The notes under the pieces: model-generated | What the model was told of the DNA's origin: nothing | Database searches by the model: none | What the model saw: the letters and a program-made list of their open reading frames with translations, nothing else | Made by a program: the position numbers and the translations under genes | DNA from: Tubulanus polymorphus | Taxonomy: Eukaryota > Animalia > Nemertea | Direction of reading: 5' to 3' | Length of the DNA: 64,000 nucleotides | NCBI RefSeq assembly: GCF_964204645.1 | Contig: NC_134032.1 | Coordinates: forward strand, 558,001-622,000 | Shown: positions 24,282 through 35,741 of the stretch, piece after piece | Layout: every line of letters starts with the position of its first letter | How positions within the stretch are numbered: the first letter of the stretch is position 1

Positions 24282-26159
24282 CACAGAAATCTTCTTGTGG
24301 TTAGTTTGTCGCAAAGCCATTATGATGCAGAGGACAGAATTAATTAAATATCCACGTCATTATGAATTATTAATTGCTCATTATAAACATATTATATATC
24401 CGCATTGTATTTAAATCAATATTGTTTTCAATCCTAACCTTTCACTTCACTCGCGCTGGTAATTTGGACTTTGTTCTACTGACGTCTGCCATTGTCTAGT
24501 GGAGCAATATTAATTCATGTCACTCTATTCCTTGCTCTCTTTCTCTCTCTATATCTCATTCAGTATTTATAATAAATCAACCATTAAATTATCATAACAT
24601 CGTTTGTGTTTGGTGACCTTCTGAGCTAGTTCCAGGTATCAATGGGAAGTTCTACTGGCAAGCGGGAAGAGGAAATTCAACCTTTGCTTGGCTGACCACC
24701 AAGTCGAAGGGATATAATGTTGATGGAACAACAAAAAGTTGGGAAAAGGGGTTACTTGGTATTGACACAAAGGCAAATTTCCCTGGGAGGCACTCGTCAA
24801 CATCTGACCAAAATTATTGAATAACAGCCACTCAACGCGTGTCTCCCTCAATTCATATTATCGATTTGTTATAAATTTAGTAACCTTGGTACTGACCAGA
24901 ACAAATACAGCCCTCTTTGGAACGAATGAAGCCATCTGGCACAGTAGAACAAATGGGGCTGGGATAGGCCAGTCAGTACCAAAGTGGGAGACTCGAGACT
25001 CGAGACTTGAGATTGAGAGCTTACACACGACTCATCGGACGGAACACGCGGGAAGAATAAAGAGAATAAGATATACTCAATCAACTGTTTTTCGTTTGAC
25101 TTACATCGTATTTCTGAGGAAGGAAACGCAGAGTCGACCCCCGGAGAGAATTACTCGAACACGGGAGAACAACTCGCTCAAAAGACAACCCGTTTCACAT
25201 ACATTTGAGCGGAGCCCTTCGCTCAAAACCGCACGAATAAGTTCACGCTAGAACTGGACTTTCGATTGACATAATCAAATTAAGACGAAAAAAAAACTCT
25301 CGGCAAAATTTATTAAATGCACTCCATGACCATTATTACCCAACTTCATTATTATTTTCAGATGTGGATAAATAATAAGAACAAAACGACGAATAGCGGC
25401 AAGCAGCGAAATCAATCGAGAGTCGGCCTGAAGAATTCTCGGAAGGCTTCGGGCTATCAGAAAGTTCTGTTCTGAAATGTTCTTGAGTGAGTTGACCCGG
25501 CGTAGCTGCAGCAGACGTGTTTACTCATCACAAATCTACATTGCCTGTTTATTTCTTATCTTAGATTGTGATGAAAATACTGAGGTCGGAGACCTAATGG
25601 GTGAATCGGCAAAGCACTGGCAGAGATGTCAGCTGAAGAGAAATTAAAATACAAGCCAGATCCCAATCAGGAGTTATCAGAGGCCGGTGAATGAATATTC
25701 CAGGGGTTTGAATTAACTCTTTATTAGAAATTTGGGGTAATAGCTGAAACTTGCTACTAGGTCACTGTGTCATTTAACTATTATATAACTTTCAACATGG
25801 CAGTTCATGTGAGTATGTGACTGAGGTATTAGGTAATATTCACCAAACAATATACTCAGATCAAATAATGATATATACTATTTATTGACCACATATGTTT
25901 CTGGGAAATTAGTTGTTCAAACAGGGCGCATTGTTATTTTACGTAATACTTGGATTATTAATGAAATAGGGGAATTTTGTGTTTAAACTCGGTCATCAGC
26001 TGTGGTCAAAACAGACCCCGGCATATAAGGGGGACACATCGATTGTGGAATAGACCTGGACTGACTGTCGACCCTACAAGACTAAAATACTGTTGTTATA
26101 AGTAAAAGCCACAAATCATAACTTAACAGAGTTGTCAGAGTTTTCTCGACAGTAAGCAC

Positions 26160-26495
26160 CTATCAAAGTGGAAGACTAGAACCGTTACAACTGGTACCAT
26201 CACCAGTCCGAACTATCCAAACAACTACAATAACGACCTGAACTGTAACTGGAGGATTGAAACACCTGAAAACAGGGCTGTTTTTTAAATTCTACCACAA
26301 ACTGAACTGTAGATGGATGATTAGAACACCTGGAAACAGGGCTGTTTTTTTAAAAATTCTACCACAAACTGAACTGTAGCTGGACGATTAGAACACCTGG
26401 AAACAGGGCTGTTTTTTTAAATTCTAACACAAACTGAACTGTAGCTGGACGATTAGAACACCTGGAAACAGGGTTGTTTTTTAAATTCTGACACA
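26160..26495 (+). repeat. Third CUB fragment plus the ~63-bp CUB-derived minisatellite
   Basis: GTITSPNYPNNYNNDLNCNWRIETPEN followed by ~4 units similar to those at 16.1 kb. Confidence 0.8.
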
Positions 26496-28024
26496 AAGGC
26501 CTTTAATTATAAATTTCCCTGGGAGGCAAGTGTCACCACGTGTCCTGCTTGGAACTAATGAAGCCATCTGCCACAGTAGAACAAAGGGGGCTGGGATCTG
26601 TATAAATAGGCTGATCAGAGCCAGAGTGGGGGAGAACTGCTCATTCTGAGACTTACCGCTAGAAATTAGACAGAAAACTAACATTTGGAAACACATCAGT
26701 TTGACATGGATTAAGTCTAAGACTAAATTCTTATCTCAAGTAGTTAAACATGGTTAGATGGCCTATCTGACGATGACCTATGCAATGAAATATAAAGAGT
26801 AATTCAAGACATTTGACTTACCAAAAAATAACAATATTTCATAGATGTAACATAATGTATCTATTTTAAATAGTTCACGGTGAGTTCTGGAACTCGACTG
26901 AGGTTTCAACTCTAGTTTGGGTCCCGACATCGATTTCCCCAACCCACCGAACAACAACGCCGATTGGTTGAACACAGGCAGAGCTCGAGCCCTGATAGGT
27001 CAGCTAGGGTCACCTAGGGACCCCAAAATATAAACAGAACACAAACTGCGTCTTTTAATTACTCATTGTTAAAATAGTTCTGGGGTCTCAACCAGAGACA
27101 ATACAGGTGAGAGTATGAGCAGAGACAGGCGTTGTCAACTGCCATACTCAGAGACCGTCACAAACTACATAATTAATAAATCTAACTTTTGATACAATAA
27201 CATTTTACATAATCAAAAACTCAGATATCTTTTCCTAAGATGATTGGATACTAATATTTCGATACGATTAATATATATAATGAAGGTAATGATTATATCG
27301 ACCGTCTTAATCCCATTTGTTACATATATATTGGAATCTTCCCGATCTTCCCCAGTTTTTGTCTAGTCGATCATCGCTATTCGATACCTCTACACTCACC
27401 CGGGACCAGTCGGTTGTAATCGTTCCCGTATATTTTTACGAAACTTGGACAGTTTTTTCACGGATTTAAATAAGATCATCTCTATCTGACCTAATTCGAA
27501 CCAATATATCATTATTATTTGTGTATTATACATAATTATAGCTTCGCCTGGTTATATCTGATATATAGAAGATCAGCTAAATAGCTTACAGTGAAACATA
27601 TGCTCCGGAAATTTGAGCACATATTTGAAACTCTACATTAGTAAATACGGACTTCGTGATTAATCCAGATGGTCATTGTTTTGCCATCGTGGCCTTCGTG
27701 ATCATCAAGTAATCCAGATGGTCATTGTTCAATTGACGTGGCCATCTGAGAGTATGAATACGCTTGTCGTGGACTCATTCTCTGGTTCTCTCTCTTGTTC
27801 TAGACTCTCTTGTTCTAGACTCTTGTTCTAGCTCTCGCAACAGCTCGGTTGGCTCAATAAACTGAATTAACTAACAACCACATTTCTTGTCAATTCTCTG
27901 AGCTAGGAATTTCACTACGGAACCCTATATCATATCTAAGCTACAGTACAGTTAATCATGTAGACCTAATGGATGTTTTTGATATGTTTAAATTAGCTTC
28001 GTTAGTCGAGTCATCTTGTATCAC

Positions 28025-28168
28025 GTAGTTTGAAAGTCGGAAAAACTGGGTCAAGGGCGATCAACACAAAGGTAGTTTGCAAGTAGGAAAAACTGGGTCA
28101 AGGGCGATCAACACAAAGGTAGTTTGCAAGTAGGAAAAACTGGGTCAAGGGCGATCAACACAAAGGTA
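28025..28168 (+). repeat. 47-bp tandem repeat x3
   Basis: gtagtttgcaagtaggaaaaactgggtcaagggcgatcaacacaaag starts at 28025, 28072 and 28119. Confidence 0.9.
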
Positions 28169-28738
28169 GAATAGAATTAAGACGCATGATCGTGAACCAC
28201 GATTTTCCAAACGGAGCTAAAAAGCTCTAAACACGATTGCGAGGAGGAACGTTTTTAAACTATAGGGCCTAGGACGAGCAGAGAAATCACTTACATCGCA
28301 AATACCGCATCTATTCCTTTGGAACCAGCTTCAACTACTAGACATTTGTGCAAAAACGATCAACTAAATCGGCCCACTAACAGTTGGATATTCTAACTGA
28401 TTAAAGCCCTTGATATCGATAATTTCGTGAACCCTTTGTACACTTCCAGTCTATCTAAATCACAAACACAAGTTCTCGGCTATGGTCTCAATTCCGCGTT
28501 TTACCAGAAACGACACCTTTCGGTTTTTTACAACGCAACTCGAATACCAAGACCGCGACGGCATAATTACGGTTTTATCTACGAACGCATGATTCATTTC
28601 GGACCAACTCAAAATTCGGTACAATCGACGAGCAATTATCTCGAGATAAGATTGAGATAATTGCCCGTATATACTGAGAGGATAGTATCAATTTAATATC
28701 CACGTCATTATTCAGCTGTCATTAAAAACACATTATGT

Positions 28739-28740
<2 letters not shown>

Positions 28741-28806
<66 letters not shown>
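28741..28806. repeat. (TA)n microsatellite
   Basis: Perfect TA run. Confidence 0.95.
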
Positions 28807-28811
<5 letters not shown>

Positions 28812-29509
28812 ATTGTAATTATATTAAAATCAATATTGTAATTATCTCTTTATGATCGTCTGCCATTGTCTAGTGCCTTTATCTCTTGCTCTCTTTCTCT
28901 TTGGGTTTCGGTTCGATAATAGATCAGGCTTTAAATTATTACAATAATCGTTTGTGTTCGGTGAAATTGGTGACATTCTGAGAGTTAGTTCCTGATAACG
29001 CGGCACAATGATTACTTAGTTCACATTGTACCGACCTCGACCTCCGTGATTATTCACGTGACACAAATGCATATAGTTAACCGGCCGGGAGGCACGTGAC
29101 ACCACGTGTTACAATCCAACCGATATTATTGATTTCAGTTATATCGCAATCACTATAAGGGGCGTGTCTCTAAATCTAGAGACTTTGCCACTGGCCAGAA
29201 CAAATGTAGCCCTAGCTCTCTGGAATAAATAAAGCCATCGGTAACAGCAGAACAAAGCGGGGTCTGTATAAATAGATTAGACTTAAACCCGGGTTTATTG
29301 TACTATGGGATAGGAAATGCATCGAATACCAGTCAGCTCTGAGAGTCGACAGCATTACCTCATGCAGAGCCAGCGAAAGAAGATAACAGAAATAGATTCT
29401 GAATCATCGTCGCTGAATTCTTGCATAAATTTCCTGACGAGGAAACAGCCACTGATTGTGTTCGCGGAGAAAATCAACTGAGTTTTTACATTGAATAATG
29501 TGGACTACC

Positions 29510-30060
29510 CAAGCATAGCTTACTAAACCAGGGTTTATTGCACTGGAATCAGGAGATGCGTTGAATAAATGAGGCTTATAAGCATAGCTTACTAAACCTG
29601 GGTTTATTGCACTGAGATCTGGAGATGCGTTGAATAATGCGGACTAAGCATAGCTTACTAAACCCGGGTTTACTGCACTGGGATCCGGAGATGCATTGAA
29701 TAAATAAGACCTACAAGCATGGCTTATACCTAAACCCGGGTTTATTGCACTGGGATCGGGAGATGCATTGAATAAATGAGACCTATAAGCATGGCTTATA
29801 CCTGAACCCGGGTTTACTGCACTGGGATCCAGAGATGCATTGAATAAATGAGACCTTTAAGCATGGCTTATACCTAAACCCGGGTTTACTGCACTGGGAT
29901 AGAATATGCGTTGAATACAAGTGACCTGTAAGCATAGATTTAAAGACCTAAAATGTAATTGCGCTGGTTTAGAGCTTGTGTAGAGCACTGAGTACATAAT
30001 GTGACCTGCAAGCATAGATTCAATAGACCTAAACCCGGATTCGTTGCACTATGGGATAGA
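29510..30060 (+). repeat. ~60-bp minisatellite
   Basis: aagcat.gctta..ctaaacccgggttta.tgcactgggatc.ggagatgc.ttgaataaat, about 9 copies. Confidence 0.9.
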
Positions 30061-31671
30061 ATATTGACGATAATAAAAATGAAATTGTTACATTTTCGAA
30101 ACCACTTAACCGAATTTTCGGAGTTCAGGGGAGTGCCTGCTGCTAGTTTAAATAATTTGCATTTATTTGCCTGCCGCTACAATTGATGAAATAGGCCATG
30201 TATTCATGGAATTCGGCGAAGTTTAAACACGGCTCTCAGATATCAAAATATCAAAAGGGAGATCAGAGATAGAGAGTTGGCGATTCGAGGCGCTCGGGAG
30301 TAAAATACATTCGTCGCTTTCATTAAAATACCCTCGCGAATACGTCGACTTTGCGATTTTAATGACAGTCCCACAAAGGTTACAAACATGACAATTCAAC
30401 ACGAAATACTATTCTATTTCAAACAGTTTTAACTTATCTTTTAATGCTGAATGACATTTCTCTATACAACCAGCAGTTGTGTCACGAACCGGCCTCACTC
30501 GATCCGTCACCATGATGAGTTTAAGGATTGCGATCGTGGCGTACATGCGATTCTCTGCTGCAAAAAAATGAAAAGAGATTCAGAAAACTTCTCATACCTT
30601 ACACCTGAGGCGATAGGGGAAAAAATCGTAGCACTTTTGCCATATTACTGCAATATAAGTAATCTGAGTAATGAAGGTGTAATCTGTTCCAAATACCTTA
30701 CCTAAGTAACCAACAGCTATCCATAGAAATGTAACCAATAGCAATAGGCCTATAGAGTAATGTCTAGTAATAAGATGTAACTCATAGTAATCTTACTGTC
30801 TTTACCAACTTATTATGACATTGAAATACAATATTTTTGCCGTTTGAAAAAAACTTCATAAACATTTATATTACTTGAATTACTTATATTACAGTAATAT
30901 GATAAAAGCGCTAAGCTTTTTTCCCCTATAATGCGCCTTATTAAATACCTTCTAAATCCTGAAACAATCCTACCTATTCCAATCGAAATCTAATTCTAAT
31001 ATTCGTTTATCAAAATCAGAGTGTCTGAATCAAATGTCATTATGCGATATTGAAATATATCGTCACTCGATGTACCCTTACGCGCTCGATGTACCCGTAC
31101 AGGCTCGATGTACCCGTATGGGAGGCATTTCATCAAACACTGAATAGGATTGAATCTATACTATATAAATCTATTAAATGGCGAACTCGTTTTTCACGAC
31201 CGAATTGCGCGAAATCCATTCATTGTTCGGTCATGATAAACGTGGCACAGAGGAATCGATTCTCATGATAACAATTCTATATGGATCCAGGGTCTAATTT
31301 CACCCCCCGGGAATCTAAATCCCCCAAATCACGGTAGATTCTAAGTTTGCAGTAGATAGCGCATACATGGGCGTGTAAATATTTATATATCTGCAATACA
31401 CGGTTTTCCTCCATGAAAATGGTTGGAGTGTAAATAAAATCATAGTCAAAACGTAATCTAATCGCAATATGTTATCTGTCACTGTTTGTTGTGTGGGTGG
31501 GACATGCTGATAGGCAAACTGTGGTTGTCATGTCGATATATAATGTTGATTATGTAATGAATCTTATAATGTTTAACTAAGTTACGTAACAATAAAGAAT
31601 TAATTGAATTGAACTGTCGTATAGTGGTCGGAACTAAAACCGAACGCATGATAGTTCTGTATTTCACAGTG

Positions 31672-31722
31672 TCGGCCATCTTGAAAGAAAGGTTGGAACC
31701 ACGGCGAGGCCTTTTATAATAG
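31672..31722 (-). promoter_or_regulatory. Candidate Pol II core promoter: TATAAAA, pyrimidine TCT-like initiator, YY1-like site
   Basis: Minus strand reads TATAAAA (31718-31712), CCTTTCTTTC (31692-31683) at canonical ~27-31 nt spacing, then AAGATGGCCG. Confidence 0.5.
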
Positions 31723-31798
31723 CTCGGTTTTCACGGGAACCGCCTCCCGAAATTCGAAGAAAAGTCAAATGATAAAAAATTATTTTAAAATTTTTATA

Positions 31799-31968
31799 TG
31801 GGGTCATTCATATATTACGTACGCATTAGGGGAGGGGGAGGGGGGTCAGTGCAATTGCGTATTGTAATGCTTAATGTATATGTAAAAATGGCTAATTTTG
31901 CGTACAGAGGGGGAGGGGGGGTTGAAAAATTTAAATCTTATGCGTACGTAATAAATGAATGATCCCTA
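31799..31968. mobile_element. MITE (PIF/Harbinger-like); other copies at 40877-41042 and, degraded, ~35165-35311
   Basis: TIRs gggatcattcatttattacgtacgca / gcgtacgtaataaatgaatgatccc. Confidence 0.7.
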
Positions 31969-32714
31969 TGCGTAAAATCGCATAAAATCTCTACGAGGAT
32001 GGATGTATTTTGACTGGTAGATTATATAAATAGTAGTAGTTTATCTGCGCTCAGACGCCGAGAAGTCGCGTATGATCAAAACTATGCGTGAACTTGAACT
32101 TATATAACATTTATAAATAGGATAAGACATGCAATAAATTTACTAGACAAAACATTAAAGAATGACATTTAACATAGAGTACATAATACATGTAGCATAA
32201 ACAAAAAACAAAAGCTTATACTAGAAATAATTAGAAAAGCGCCCTCAGTGTCAAAGCTGAGGAATTTCTGCGAAACGGAGTTCGAGTCTTAGCTTAACCA
32301 ATTTATTAACCAAATCGCACGCAATTGTAGAAATTGCGGGATCGTTGTTATTGTAAGACATCGGAAAAGCGAATTTATCAGAGCGAGACAGGGTCCTGAA
32401 ATCGGTAAAAGTGTCCAAATACGTGTAAATATCAGACCTGGCACTGTCGGAGTATGAACAGTCGATCAGAAAATGCAGTTCATCTGCATATATATGGCTT
32501 CAAGGATTTGCCCTCACTTATTCACCGGGTATATGTTTTCTAGGTCAATTTTGCAACACCATCTCGCTGATAAGCCATCTCCTGATAAGCCGCACCCATT
32601 TATTTGCTTAGCCTAAATACTTTGACAAGCTTTATGACCTGCCCTTTGTTAAGGTATGCCATATGTTAACAATAGGCTTTAGAAATGGGATCTGTGGATC
32701 AATCAAGGGTCATG

Positions 32715-32968
<254 letters not shown>

Positions 32969-34035
32969 GTTGACCCTTGGTTGAACCATAGATCCCATTG
33001 TATACGGCTTTATAGAATTTGTGTCCGGGTTCGTTTTGTTTCGTCCTGTCCCTCGTTTTTAAACATTTATGTCCTGTCTTTCAACCTCGAATTTACTGCA
33101 TGTTAAATCCTGTCGTCTGGTACTTTATATAGAATCAATACAGTATTTTCGCCATACCCTCAGCGCCTTTGTCTTGTATTGCATCTTGTACGTGTAAATA
33201 ACGGGCTATCGGTCTCTTTTTTGTGTGTGTTGTTAACCTTATGTTACGTTGCGTTTTGTAAATTACATCTTTATTAACTTGTTTCATCGTTCAAAGCTCG
33301 TACTTTACGGAATTAATAAAGATTTTATTGAATCGAATTGTCTTTTAACCTTGAATTTACTGCATGTTTAGTCCTATGCTATGTAGAAATGTTTTGATCC
33401 TTTGGCTTGTTAACAGAAATACCAGCAACATTTGAACTAGTCGTTAACCTGTCTGTGGTTTTTCGTTTCGCAATCGGATATTTTCACAAACCACATTTAA
33501 GGTATAAGCCCATCCCGTTATATAAAAAGCTTACCACCAACGATTAGGTAACTAACTACATTTGAACCGGTTATAAAAATCATTTTCAAAAATACAGTGT
33601 GTGCTGCAGAATAAAGAACTTACCACGTCATAAAGTTTAAAATTCCTCGTATAGGCGTTGTATCACAGCCGACCGTTAACCGCTGAATGGCCTGTTAAAC
33701 TATGTCAGCAGATTGATATCGCGACTATTCTTTTGTAGCCTATTTGGCGCACAATAACTCGTCGAACACTAAGGCTTTTTAACAATTTACGCGATAGTCC
33801 CTTAGTATACACGCCTACGCCTATTCTTTGTCAACCCAAACCTGTATACGCCTATTTCTCGGGCTTCCTAACGACGCGAGCTATAGATTTGGATCTCTAA
33901 CGCGGACTTTAGCCTCAAAGCTTACATAAACTCCATGATTAGACAGGTTTCGAAGACGGTTGCCATTAAACAGACCTATCCCTTCCATGCCGTGGCCAAT
34001 AATAATATTATAATAGAGCTGACCAGCTGGACACG

Positions 34036-34370
34036 TTGACACGCATGCGCAATGCTGGAAGCTTCCCAGAGTCAACACGCATGCGCAATGCTTCCCAGAC
34101 AGTGTACACGTGTACAGCATGTGAATGCGTATATTCTGAACAAAGGTGATGATGATTCATGATCAGGGAATCTCTCAAGGCCGAATGGAAAAGTACAATT
34201 TTGTAAATTTATATATTTTTTCCTCTCTTTTTCGAATTGTTTAACTTGTAATAATGTAACGCTTCTCTGTGAAATGAATTAAAATTGAATTGAATTACAC
34301 TTCCTCGCTAGTATCGATATAAAAAGATAAAGAAGGATTCGAACCTACCAGGCATTCGTTATGACGTCAT
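34036..34370. promoter_or_regulatory. Probable (bidirectional) promoter region upstream of EBAG9
   Basis: Two NRF1-like acgcatgcgca sites (~34041, ~34077) and a CRE atgacgtcat (~34360). Candidate + strand donor gtaagc at 34762; minus-strand donor GTAAGT at 33623-33618. Confidence 0.4.
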
Positions 34371-35360
34371 CGCGTCGGATTCTCGGGTATCTGAAATAAA
34401 ATGTTCGATGAATAAAGAATGAATTTGAATTGGCTACATTTTTAATCAACGTATAAACAACGGCCCTATATTTATGGCACCAGACCGCTATTAGGTTTGT
34501 AACTTCGGCTTCAAGATGCCAAAAAATAGTACCTAGACTGGAAAAGAACGTCCTCCATAAATGTAGCCGTATTTCCGCGAGTAGAAAAGTTGGATTTCGA
34601 TGTCTTCCATTCCAATCACGCTGGTCGTCGACGTTGTGACAGTGCGCGGATCACATCATCGATATTAATAGAACGATGATGAAATAAGGGATTCCCTGGG
34701 CTTTTTGTTCGGAGTCCTAACAATTTCGGGGGATTCCCATCAATATTCGGCAAGGAAGGAAGTAAGCGTGATACTTGTACCGGGATACCCCTCGATTTCA
34801 AAAAAAGGTTTTGTTATTCGGGAAGTGGATAATTTACTGTCGTGTGTAAAAAAGTGTTAACTTCCGCTATTTTATATCATTGCTATCAACTGATAAATAA
34901 ATATGAAACAATTAAATCATTTTATTGGTTTACGGTTTTGGATTGGGGTTGGGTCAGAGATAGTTAGTTACCTAATCGTTGGTGGTAAGCTTTTTATAAT
35001 CGGATGGGCTTATACCAACCAATATCCGATTGTGAAACTTAACCACAGACAGGTTACTGACTAGGTCAGAGATAGTTAATCGTTGGTTTTTATAATCGGA
35101 TGAGCTCATACCAACTTATACTTATGTGGTTTGTGAAAATGACCGAGTTGGTCAGTGATAGAGGTTTGGGGCTCTTGACCATTAGTGAGGGAGCATCTCA
35201 AAATTACTATAGTTCCGTCAATTGGAATAACTGTCTAATTGGTTTAATTAGTACGCAATTGACCCCTCCGCCCTCCCCTAATGCTTGTACGTAATAAATG
35301 AATGATCCCTATAGCTATCATTATCAGGAATTCTAGGGGTAGGATTATATTGAATTTAGG

Positions 35361-35623
35361 CAGGGTGCGATCTACGCACTTGTCCGATTGCCCGGGACAA
35401 GTATATTCTCATTAGGGGCAAGTAGGTAATCATTATCACTCGTCCCCCGGGCTAGTGCAATTTTATGTCACAAATTGCTTTTTCCCACTGGATACAACGG
35501 ATGATAGCGCCACCAATCGGACTGCCTGTTTAGGGCAAGTAGTTTTTGGAGGGGGCAAGCGAAATTTCAGATATGCTTGTCCCCCCCCGGGCAAGTGGCT
35601 TTCATTCCTTAGATCGGACCCTG
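35361..35623. mobile_element. hAT-like MITE (second copy ~45779-46130)
   Basis: Termini cagggt..accctg; shared internal cacttgtccgattgcccgggacaag. Confidence 0.6.
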
Positions 35624-35741
35624 CTTAGGTGAGAAGAGGGTCCAGAGGGGGTAAGGGTTAGGGTGAGTAGGGGCTAGGGTTGTTCTGTAAATGATGATTT
35701 CGTCGGTTGTCGTTTCAGGTTGTAATGGTGACATTTAGACG

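Larger units (their letters stand above)
24300..29280 (+). mobile_element. Cluster of LTR-like fragments, several as diverged copies
   Basis: tatccacgtcatta..gtctgccattgtctagt..cgtttgtgtt.ggtga..ctgag..agttcc at 24350-24635 and 28697-28995. gaa.taatgaagccatct..cacagtagaacaaa..tataaatag family at ~24890-25090, 26510-26640 and 29080-29280. TATA/AATAAA-bearing LTR-like block at 27690-27930. Confidence 0.5.

Noticed and set aside
1560-29300. CRISPR-like repeat-spacer array
   Set aside because: No constant short repeat separates the foreign fragments, fragment lengths vary widely, there are no cas genes, and the context is eukaryotic.
31479-31679. Ribosomal protein gene (MADTV..RT resembles the RPS24 start)
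   Set aside because: The similarity covers only a few residues and no further ribosomal-protein exons were found; kept only as a promoter candidate.
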